Source: an uncultured delta proteobacterium (GTDB lineage Bacteria; Desulfobacterota; Binatia; Binatales; Binataceae). From it: a stretch of 64,000 nt of DNA. A model generated the notes under the pieces. That model searched no databases. It had not been told where the DNA came from and was given only the letters and a program-made list of their open reading frames with translations. Made by a program: the position numbers and the translations under genes. Positions 56,572-64,000 of this stretch are shown piece after piece; position 1 is the first letter of the stretch, and each line of letters opens with the position of its first letter. The DNA lies in contig CAWAMM010000004.1 in the NCBI GenBank assembly GCA_963783145.1, forward strand, positions 326,414-390,413, read 5' to 3'.

Positions 56572-57369
56572 TTAGGAGACCGTCCATCCGCCATCAATAA
56601 TGAAGGGCGCGCCGGTCGCGAATGACGAATCATCGCTGGCGAGGAACAGCGCGGTCTTCGCGATTTCCTCGGGCCTGCCGACGCGGCCGAAGAACGACGT
56701 GCGCGCGCCGCTATTCGGAAGCGCGCCCGCGGCCTTGTTGATGCGCTCCACCATCGGCGTGTCGATCGCGCCGGGACAAATCGCATTGACGCGGATGTTG
56801 TAGCGTCCGTATTCCATCGCGGCGACGCGGGTCAGCGCGATGACCCCGGCCTTCGACGCGCAATAAGCCGCCGCGCCTTTGTTCGCGACCAGCCCGGCGA
56901 TCGAGGCAGTGTTGATGATCGAGCCGCCGCCGTTTTTGATCATGTGCGGAAGCGCGGCCTTCATGCCGAGCCATACGCCGCGCAGGTTGATCGCGATGAC
57001 CTTGTCGAAGGCCTCCTCGCTCAGTTGCGCGAGGAAGTTGCCTTCCCCCTCGATGCCCGCATTGTTGTAAAGAATGTTCGGCGCGCCGAAGCGCTTGATA
57101 GTCTCATCGACCATCGCGGTGGTGTCGGCCGATAAGGAGACGTCGACCCGCATCGCGAACGCACTGCCGCCCGCGGCTTTGATTTGCTTCGCGGTCTCCT
57201 CCGCGGCTTCGAGGTTGATATCGACCGCGGCGATCTTCGCGCCTTCTTTGGCGAACAGCAGCGACGCGGCGCGGCCCATGCCCGATCCGGCGCCGGTGAT
57301 GATGGCGATTTTATTTTCCAGTCTCATGATGATGTTCTCCCGCGGAAATGCATCCGCGCCGAGGAACAT
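56572..57369 (-). CDS. SDR-family oxidoreductase
   Basis: ITGAGSGMGRA...NNAG...YCASKAG. Confidence 0.85.
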   Translation of the reverse strand: MFLGADAFPRENIIMRLENKIAIITGAGSGMGRAASLLFAKEGAKIAAVDINLEAAEETAKQIKAAGGSAFAMRVDVSLSADTTAMVDETIKRFGAPNILYNNAGIEGEGNFLAQLSEEAFDKVIAINLRGVWLGMKAALPHMIKNGGGSIINTASIAGLVANKGAAAYCASKAGVIALTRVAAMEYGRYNIRVNAICPGAIDTPMVERINKAAGALPNSGARTSFFGRVGRPEEIAKTALFLASDDSSFATGAPFIIDGGWTVS

Positions 57370-57436
57370 AGCTCATTTCTGATGCGAGCAGTTAATCGCC
57401 AAGGCTGGGTGAGACGATCACAGCCCTTCATTTCCG

Positions 57437-57470
57437 GTAGGGGTCGTTCGCGAACGACCCGCAGCGAAGG
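57437..57470 (+). repeat. Orphan REP copy (GTAGGGGTCGTTCGCGAACGACCCGCAGCGAAGG)
   Basis: Same GTAGGGG-NNN-TTCGCGAA-NNN-CCCGCA architecture as the RAYT-flanking REPs, with compensatory changes in the stem. Confidence 0.7.
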
Positions 57471-57546
57471 CGCAATTGCCAAGATCCTCCGCGACAGCCA
57501 CATCGCCGCGGGCGCATCGCGATGCGTCCCTACCACGAAGGTGCGG

Positions 57547-58401
57547 TTACGGTTTTTTCGTCACCAACTGATTCATCTCCATATGGCTGATGAGGTCGGG
57601 TGCGGTGAACGCAGTATAGGTGCTGCTCTTGAATAACTCCTCGGCGAGGCGACGCAGGGCAGTCAGCGCGGCACGCGCGGGGCCGCCGCCGGTGCTGACC
57701 CGGGCGACTCCGAGTTTCTCCAATTCGAGCGCGCTGGGCATTCCCGGCAGCACCATCACGTTGACAGGCCCGCGGATCGCCGCAGTGAGTTTCCCGATGA
57801 TCTCGGCGTTGGCCGGGCCGGGAACGAAAATGCAATCGGCGCCGGCGGCCAGATACGTATTGGCGCGGCTTACCGTATGCTCGAAGCGTGCGGACTTGTC
57901 GCCGATCGCGTGCAGAAAAACATCGGTGCGCGCGTTGATGACGAGGGGCACGCCGGCGGCGGTGGCCGTCTCGCGAACCGCTTTGATACGCGCGACCGCG
58001 GTCTCAACCGGGAATAGCTCATTCGCGCCGCCCTTCATCGAGTCCTCGAGGTTGATACCAACCGCACCGGCCTCGATGACCGCGCGAATCGTAGCCCTAA
58101 GACCATCGAGATCCGAAGCGTATCCGGCTTCGATATCCGCACTCAGCGGCACGAGGAGCCCGCGCGCGATGCGCCGGATGACGTCGAGCATCTCATCGCG
58201 CGAAACTGCCTCGCCATCCGGATAGCCAAGCGAATTCGCCACGCCGGAGCTGGTCGTCGCGACGGCGCGAAAACCGGCCGCCTCGAAAATCTTTGCGCTG
58301 GCCACATCCCAGGCATTCGGAAGCACGAGGATCCGCGAGCGGTCATGCAACTTACGAAATGCCTCCGCCTTCTGCCGTTGCGTCGCTATATCTATCGTCA
58401 T
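57547..58401 (-). CDS. Isocitrate lyase/PEP mutase-family protein (2-methylisocitrate lyase / carboxyvinyl-carboxyphosphonate phosphorylmutase-like)
   Basis: ICL/PEPM signature (LVLPNAWDVASAKIFEAAGFRAVATTSSGVA...DIEAGY). Confidence 0.8.
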   Translation of the reverse strand: MTIDIATQRQKAEAFRKLHDRSRILVLPNAWDVASAKIFEAAGFRAVATTSSGVANSLGYPDGEAVSRDEMLDVIRRIARGLLVPLSADIEAGYASDLDGLRATIRAVIEAGAVGINLEDSMKGGANELFPVETAVARIKAVRETATAAGVPLVINARTDVFLHAIGDKSARFEHTVSRANTYLAAGADCIFVPGPANAEIIGKLTAAIRGPVNVMVLPGMPSALELEKLGVARVSTGGGPARAALTALRRLAEELFKSSTYTAFTAPDLISHMEMNQLVTKKP

Positions 58402-58477
58402 CGCTTTTTCTCCAGCGCATATCTCCGATTGAACATTAGAACACCGCCGGCCTCGAAACGTGAGACGGAAAATCCGC

Positions 58478-59839
58478 TCAGTACGGTGGTGAGATGATAG
58501 TCAGCGCGGCCCCGGTTCCATCGCCGTCGGCAATCGCAAGATAGCGCCCGCGCGGGGACCAACTCATGGCGATGGCGCCGCGCAGCGGTCCGAACGCGAC
58601 CAGGAACGCGCGCCTCGGTGCGACCGAAAAAATCACAATCTTGCGCAGCGGGCCGTCGAGGGCGGGGCTGACGGTCGCGATTGCGGCCGCGTCAGTCGCG
58701 CGCGTGTAAGTCATCGTGCTTGCGGCGAGCATCGTGGGGGTCGAGTTGAATCCCAGCGACTGGACCTCGGTATCGGTGCCGGCGGGATTCGAAATCGCCA
58801 GCTCCGCGCGAACCGGTCCCTCCGGGGCGGCCTGCGCGCCGCGAAACGTGAGCGCGCCGTTACCCAGCGCCAGGATCTGGTCGTTGCCGATAAATGCTGC
58901 CGCGCCCGAAGAAATCGCGATCAGCCGCGCGGTGTTGTTCACGAGGTTATAGCGATAAATTCCGGTTCCGACGGTTCGATTGGTTTCCTGGAAAAGAAAC
59001 GACTTCGATTCGTGGTCCCAGTCCAGCACCCGGATCGGCGCCTGCGCGTTAATGGGCCGGCATGATTCCCTGCTCCGATCGATGATTATCGGGGGAGCAT
59101 CCTTGTCGCCCGAACCAGCCGCGACCACGCCCTCCGGTGACCAGCTAAGCGGCGACATCTTGCAGTCCAGTTTCAGGTATCCGGTCGTCACTACCCCGCT
59201 GATGTTGATGAGGTAAAGTCCGCTTGATGCGACGGCGAGTGGCGCGGAAACGGGATCGGTCGTGGCCGGAGGTTCGGAGGAGACTTGACTGGCCGTGCGC
59301 AACGCGACTGGAACGCTGAACTCTCCCAGCCATCCGATACTGACGCTTTCGAATTCGCCGTCAAAATTGGAGACCGGGGGCGCCGCGCCTTCGGAGATCA
59401 AATCGCGCATAACAACGTCCAGGCGCGGTTCCTTTAAACTCGCGACCGCGAGCGCGAGGACCATTCCGTCGGCGCTGGGCGCCAGATCGACGATCCGGCC
59501 GTCAGGAGCGCCGATACCGCCGTCTTCCGCAATTATGCGCTCAGTGCGGTAGCCGAGGCCGCTATAGCCCAGCACCAGCGCGTGTCCATTGCGCGTGCCA
59601 ACCACCGCGACTTCTTTCCCTGCCTGGAGCCACATTGGTGGGTAATCCGCGGAGGGAACGAAGCCGTCAGGGAGCGCCACCCGGGTCAGCACTTCGATTC
59701 CGGGTGTGATGTTCAAGGTCGCGGTGCGGACGCTGCGGGTCGGAAGCGGTCCGGCGTTGGGCTTTTGAGTCGCGCAACCCGCGACGCCAAAGAGGAGGGC
59801 GACGATTAGGGAGAAGCCTGGAAAGAAAGACCTGAGCAT
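58478..59839 (-). CDS. Hypothetical lipoprotein, probable beta-propeller (TolB/WD40-like)
   Basis: Signal plus lipobox (LFGVAGC). Repetitive beta-strand-rich sequence. Confidence 0.45.
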   Translation of the reverse strand: MLRSFFPGFSLIVALLFGVAGCATQKPNAGPLPTRSVRTATLNITPGIEVLTRVALPDGFVPSADYPPMWLQAGKEVAVVGTRNGHALVLGYSGLGYRTERIIAEDGGIGAPDGRIVDLAPSADGMVLALAVASLKEPRLDVVMRDLISEGAAPPVSNFDGEFESVSIGWLGEFSVPVALRTASQVSSEPPATTDPVSAPLAVASSGLYLINISGVVTTGYLKLDCKMSPLSWSPEGVVAAGSGDKDAPPIIIDRSRESCRPINAQAPIRVLDWDHESKSFLFQETNRTVGTGIYRYNLVNNTARLIAISSGAAAFIGNDQILALGNGALTFRGAQAAPEGPVRAELAISNPAGTDTEVQSLGFNSTPTMLAASTMTYTRATDAAAIATVSPALDGPLRKIVIFSVAPRRAFLVAFGPLRGAIAMSWSPRGRYLAIADGDGTGAALTIISPPY

Positions 59840-59917
59840 CGGAACCAGCTAATCTATTTGAGCAATATCGATCGTATCAATCACATGAGTCGCCGCGGAA
59901 TTGCGGCAGGGAATTGA

Positions 59918-61735
59918 ATGACTAAGTCTTCGCTGGCACGAATCTTTGCCACCCGGATCGTTCGGGTCGCCACCTTATGCGCGATTTTGGTTGCGCTGGC
60001 CGGTCTGGCTCTCTACTTCGGTAATAGGTCGCTGGGCTTTGCGTTGCTGACCGCGGCGATCGCGATCGGGGCCGCATTCTTTGTATTCGTGATTCGGCCC
60101 GCACGCATTCCGCGCGACGCGGTCCTGACCCTTCGCCTGAGCGGCGCGCTGCCCGAGGAACCCCATCGATCGCTGATCGATCAGCTGCGTGGCCACCTGG
60201 CGCCCGCGCTGTCGCATCTGCGCTACGCACTCGAAGAGGTCCGCCGCGATCCCGCCGTTCGAGCGGTAGTGATTGAAATCGCGGGGATCGACAATGGGCT
60301 CGCGACCGCCGAGGAGCTGCACGATCTGATTCGGCGCGCGCGCGAATCGGGCAAACGCGTCATCGCGGTGCTGGACGGCGAATCTGCCGGGGTGCGCGAC
60401 TATCTAATCGCCTCGGCCGCGGATGAAATCGTGTGCAATCCCGAAACCATGCTCACCATGCTTGGAGTTTCCGCCGGGAGCGTATTCCTCAAGCGCGCGT
60501 TCGAAAAGCTTCATGTGCAGGTCCAGACCCTCCAATACAAGGAGTATAAGGGCGCGGCCGAGATGTTCAGCCGCGAGAGCATGTCGCAGCCGCTGCGCGA
60601 AAGTCTGCAGGCCATCGTCGGCGATTGGCGCCAGGTGCTGACCGAGCGCATCGCGCGGGCGCGCAACCTTTCCACCGAAACTGCGGCGGAGTTGGTCGGA
60701 CGCGGATTCATGACCGCGCATGATGCGCGCGCGGCGGGCCTGATCGATCGCGAAGGTTACACCGAAGACATTCGCGCGGAGTTCGATCCCGAGGGCAAGC
60801 GCAAAAAGTTTGTTGGCCTCGCGCGCTACCTGCGTCACGCGATGTACATGAATGAGGGCGGCGAGCGTCACCGGATTGCCGTGATCTGCGGCGTCGGGCC
60901 GGTCATCTCAGGTGATCCTTCGATGACGGGGGATTTCATCAGCCCCGAAACTACCGGGGCGCAAATCGAGCGCGCCTCGCGTGACGAGAATATCGAGGCG
61001 ATCGTGTTCCGCGTGAACTCGCCGGGCGGATCGGCGGTCGGCTCCGACCTGGTATGGCGCGCGGTTCGCGCGGCGCAGGGCCGGGGTAAGCCGGTGGTCG
61101 TGTCGATGGGCGACGTCGCGGGCTCCGGTGGCTATTACGTCGCGGCCTGCGCCGACGCCATCGTCGCGCAAGCCTCGACCCTTACCGGCTCGATTGGCGT
61201 CGTATACGCGAAGTTCGACGTTTCCTCCCTGATGAACCAATTTGGGGTCAACATCGAAAATACCAAGAGCCATCCGATAAGCGATGCGATGTCGCCGACC
61301 CGGGCGATGACCGAAGGTGAAATCCGTCAGCTCGATGGCGTGCTTAACCAACTGTACGGAAACTTTACCGGCAAGGTGGCGGAGGGCCGCAAGCTCGATG
61401 CCGAAGCGACCGAGACGCTTGCGCGAGGCCGCATCTGGAGCGGCACGGCCGCGAAGGCGAGCGGGCTGATCGACGAGGTCGGCGGGATGGCGCGGGCGGT
61501 CGAGCTCGCGCGCGAGAAGGCGGGGATTCCCGCCGGCGACGCGCACCAACTGGTCTCCTACAGTCAGGCGCGATTTATTAACGCATTGAAATTGTCGATG
61601 AACGCGGGCGAAGCGGACGCGATCTCCTTACTGGCGGGGAAGCTGGTCGGCATGCCCTCGCGATGGATGCCCGCCCTGACTCATCTGCTATGGCGCGGCG
61701 GTGTGGTGATGCTCGGCCCGTTCATCGAGTTCTGA
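59918..61735 (+). CDS. sppA: Signal peptide peptidase SppA (protease IV, 67K type, S49 family)
   Basis: Two tandem S49/ClpP-like domains (VIEIAGIDNG...; VNSPGGSAVGS...GDVAGSGGYYVA). N-terminal TM segments. Confidence 0.85.
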   Translation: MTKSSLARIFATRIVRVATLCAILVALAGLALYFGNRSLGFALLTAAIAIGAAFFVFVIRPARIPRDAVLTLRLSGALPEEPHRSLIDQLRGHLAPALSHLRYALEEVRRDPAVRAVVIEIAGIDNGLATAEELHDLIRRARESGKRVIAVLDGESAGVRDYLIASAADEIVCNPETMLTMLGVSAGSVFLKRAFEKLHVQVQTLQYKEYKGAAEMFSRESMSQPLRESLQAIVGDWRQVLTERIARARNLSTETAAELVGRGFMTAHDARAAGLIDREGYTEDIRAEFDPEGKRKKFVGLARYLRHAMYMNEGGERHRIAVICGVGPVISGDPSMTGDFISPETTGAQIERASRDENIEAIVFRVNSPGGSAVGSDLVWRAVRAAQGRGKPVVVSMGDVAGSGGYYVAACADAIVAQASTLTGSIGVVYAKFDVSSLMNQFGVNIENTKSHPISDAMSPTRAMTEGEIRQLDGVLNQLYGNFTGKVAEGRKLDAEATETLARGRIWSGTAAKASGLIDEVGGMARAVELAREKAGIPAGDAHQLVSYSQARFINALKLSMNAGEADAISLLAGKLVGMPSRWMPALTHLLWRGGVVMLGPFIEF

Positions 61736-61788
61736 GATCCTTCGCGACGCAGCGTCGCTCCGGATGAGCATTCGGCGGTGCCGAATGC

Positions 61789-62721
61789 TCACATCGGATA
61801 GCGCTGGAGTTCCTCGCGAATCGAGTACATCTTCTGCCGCGCCTCGGCGACGTAGGTGTCGAGGTTGCGCCGATGATTGGCAAAGATGCCATCGGGCGCG
61901 CCGTTGAAAACAATCAGTGGCTTCAGCACCGCAGCCTTGCCGCACGCCGCGATGGTGTCATCGATCAAGGTCAAGAGGATCGGATCGTCCTTGATCTGGC
62001 CCGCATACTCACGGCGCACCGCCTGCATCATGTAGAACATCACGTGGGTGTAGCCCTGCGCGTGATAAAAAAGATCGTCGTCGTTCCATGCGGTGATCGG
62101 TTTCCCGCCGTAGTTATCGGACTGATAGAGCATCGCGTGCGCGTCGCCCAGCATATCGGACCAGGACTGCACCAGGCGGATCAGCTCGACGGCGCGTTGA
62201 TTGAGTTCGCGCGAGGTTTCCGGATTGGCGTGCAAGCCGGCGATATATGCGCGCAGATGCTCGACCCCATCTTCGTACTTGCCTTCGGGCGCCGGCAGAA
62301 TCCATCGCTCTGCATCGTTACGAAAGTCGGTGTCGGCGACCACCAGGTTCGGATCGTATTCGTTGGAGGAAACCTTGGTCAGGTGATCCTTGAAAACGCG
62401 CATCGTCTCGCGCACCGCCATGATGATGCCGAGCTGGCGGTTGGCATTGTTGTCGGCGAGTACCTTGGGTCCCCATAGAAAAAAATCGTTAGGCCGCCAT
62501 CCGAAAGTGGAATGGAGTTCGCGATCCATGATCTCGGCCAGCGTCGAGGCGAAAATTTCGCCGGGCTTGAACGGCTGATTGGGCGGAAATTTCGCGTCGA
62601 TATCGTAATCGAGGCGGTCATGACGTTTCTGTCCGAAGTGCAGCAGCAAGCTACCACCCAGCCACGCGACGAGGAGCGCGGCCGCGATCGCGATTGTGAC
62701 GTTCCTGGTCTTATGCGACAT
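61789..62721 (-). CDS. Hypothetical membrane-anchored protein (possibly DUF2333-like)
   Basis: N-terminal TM anchor. Family assignment is tentative. Confidence 0.4.
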   Translation of the reverse strand: MSHKTRNVTIAIAAALLVAWLGGSLLLHFGQKRHDRLDYDIDAKFPPNQPFKPGEIFASTLAEIMDRELHSTFGWRPNDFFLWGPKVLADNNANRQLGIIMAVRETMRVFKDHLTKVSSNEYDPNLVVADTDFRNDAERWILPAPEGKYEDGVEHLRAYIAGLHANPETSRELNQRAVELIRLVQSWSDMLGDAHAMLYQSDNYGGKPITAWNDDDLFYHAQGYTHVMFYMMQAVRREYAGQIKDDPILLTLIDDTIAACGKAAVLKPLIVFNGAPDGIFANHRRNLDTYVAEARQKMYSIREELQRYPM

Positions 62722-62785
62722 CGAGGCTCATTGTGCACGGTGGGCGGGCGCAGTGGAACGCCGTCGAAGCGCTGCACCGGGAGGG

Positions 62786-63070
62786 CTAGAAATGCGCGGG
62801 CCATCTACGTGACGCGTGGTAGACACGCAGCACCTCGACAACCTGCTCTCTCACGCGGTACGGAACGATGTACGGTGTACCCGAAATTACTAACTCGCGA
62901 GTTTCGGAAATTCGCCCCGGCCGGCCCAGCCAGGGAAACTCAGCCAATCGGTTCACGCTGACCGAGATCGTCTCAACCAACCGGGCAGCCGCCTGTGGGC
63001 TCTCGAGAGAAATAAATCTAGCGGCAGCGTTGAGGTCCTGGTCCGCACGACGGAGCCATCTAACGCGCAA
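62786..63070 (-). CDS. ParE/RelE-family type II toxin
   Basis: RelE/ParE fold signature (RRADQDLNAAARFI...PWLGRP...RELVI..TPYIVPYRV...VEVLRVYHASR). Confidence 0.8.
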   Translation of the reverse strand: MRVRWLRRADQDLNAAARFISLESPQAAARLVETISVSVNRLAEFPWLGRPGRISETRELVISGTPYIVPYRVREQVVEVLRVYHASRRWPAHF

Positions 63071-63299
63071 GCTTTTTCCATTTTCTCAGCGTGGCTTTGA
63101 CTTCAGCATCAGTTGCGAAATTTCCGGCATCAGCTTCTTTGATCGCCTGCTTGATCCCTTCGATTTGCCATTCGTTAATGTCCACGTATGACCGAATCGC
63201 CTCGGCCATTAAACGCGATTCGGGCCTGCGGGTCTCGATGGCAAGTTTCTCGAGCCGCGCTTTGGTTTTGCGATCCACGCGCACCGTGACTTCGGGCAT
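63060..63299 (-). CDS. Ribbon-helix-helix (CopG/ParD-like) antitoxin
   Basis: RHH N-terminus (VTVRVDRKTKARLEKLAIETRRPESRLMAEAIRSYV). 11-nt overlap with the downstream toxin. Confidence 0.75.
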   Translation of the reverse strand: MPEVTVRVDRKTKARLEKLAIETRRPESRLMAEAIRSYVDINEWQIEGIKQAIKEADAGNFATDAEVKATLRKWKKLAR

Positions 63300-63346
63300 G
63301 GTTCGTATTCTCCTGACCAGAACACCTTACAACAAATCGCCCATCC

Positions 63347-64000
63347 TCAGAACTTACTCAGCACTCGGTCGACAAGGGTCGCTTTCTTCTCCGCGATATC
63401 CGAGGGCGCTAGCAGCGCGACCGTTGTGGTCGATTGCCCATCGACGATCACCTCGGCACTGCCGATCCTCTGGCCGGCCCGAATCGGAGCGGCGATCATC
63501 GCGGGGACGGAATAGTTGACCTTGTATCCGGTTTTGGTATCGCCACGCTTGGCAAAGAATGCCGCGTCATCGCCCCATACCGGCACAATCTTCGGCGCCG
63601 AGCCATCAGTGACCGCGATGCTCACATTCGAGGCGGCGCCTTTTTTCGCGATCGCTTTCATCTCGTACTGCGCGAAACCTTCCGAAAGCATTTCGCCCGC
63701 CGAGCGGAAGTTTTCGGCCTTGCGTGGCGAGCCGAGCACCACCGCAATCAGCCGCAAGCCGCCGCGATGCGCGGTCGCGACCACATTGAAACCGGCCTTG
63801 TAATAGAAGCCGGTCTTGAGGCCGTCGCAGCCGTTGTAGTTGAAGACCAGATGATTGGTGTTGCGCAGCTCGAAGGTTCCGGCGCGAAACGGCGCAGTCG
63901 TGATCCCGGACCACTGCAGAATCTGCGGATGCTTCACCAGCGCGCGCGCCAGCAGCGCCTGATCGTATGCGCTCGCGACATCAGCCTTCTGACCCGCCGC
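63347..64000 (-). CDS. D-alanyl-D-alanine carboxypeptidase (PBP5/6, peptidase S11), 3' part only; the gene continues past the window end
   Basis: KTG motif (GLKTGFYYKAGFN) and the PBP5 C-terminal domain. The reading frame stays open to position 64000. Confidence 0.8.
   Translation of the reverse strand, partial: AAGQKADVASAYDQALLARALVKHPQILQWSGITTAPFRAGTFELRNTNHLVFNYNGCDGLKTGFYYKAGFNVVATAHRGGLRLIAVVLGSPRKAENFRSAGEMLSEGFAQYEMKAIAKKGAASNVSIAVTDGSAPKIVPVWGDDAAFFAKRGDTKTGYKVNYSVPAMIAAPIRAGQRIGSAEVIVDGQSTTTVALLAPSDIAEKKATLVDRVLSKF

Noticed and set aside
1-64000. CRISPR arrays, rRNA, integrase/att sites, prophage genes
   Set aside because: Looked for regularly spaced direct repeats, rRNA-like conserved blocks and integrase signatures. 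None found.

Overview
High-GC (~65-70%) bacterial chromosomal segment, most likely from a Gram-negative (didermic) organism: it carries an OmpA lipoprotein, an HlyD-family periplasmic adaptor and several lipobox proteins. Roughly 60 protein-coding genes lie on both strands. No rRNA, tRNA or CRISPR array was found. Most content is housekeeping or repair (UvrB, a full-length Lhr helicase, aconitase A, DNA polymerase I, UvrD/PcrA helicase, RlmE, AcpS, SppA, a PBP5/6-like carboxypeptidase, acyl-CoA dehydrogenase). Accessory modules are interleaved with these. They are: three type II toxin-antitoxin pairs (YefM-YoeB, HigB-HigA, RHH-ParE); an ECF sigma / zf-HC2 anti-sigma module; an ABC-2/GldG-like/DUF4340-like four-gene cluster; a stand-alone UXS(ArnA-decarboxylase-like) + ArnB-like + GT39/ArnT-like amino-sugar modification cluster; tandem GSTs with a divergent GlxA/AraC regulator; and a TetR + tandem SDR set. 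The points most worth a second look are listed here. (1) A rhodanese-like gene has an in-frame TGA exactly where the catalytic Cys would align, a candidate selenoprotein. (2) A REP-RAYT-REP unit whose REP palindrome also occurs inside the transposase gene, plus an orphan REP 25 kb away. (3) An aconitase gene split by a frameshift. (4) A vWA-TM-FHA signalling-type protein divergent from two large Thr/Ser/Pro-rich surface lipoproteins, followed by about 700 bp of ORF-free DNA. (5) A roughly 60-bp duplication of the ArnT-like 5' end flanking an inserted GFA-family gene. (6) A conserved palindromic 45-bp element found twice at the 3' ends of minus-strand genes. All coordinates follow the supplied ORF track, which includes stop codons. 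Several starts were moved to internal Met/GTG codons where homology to the named family indicated.
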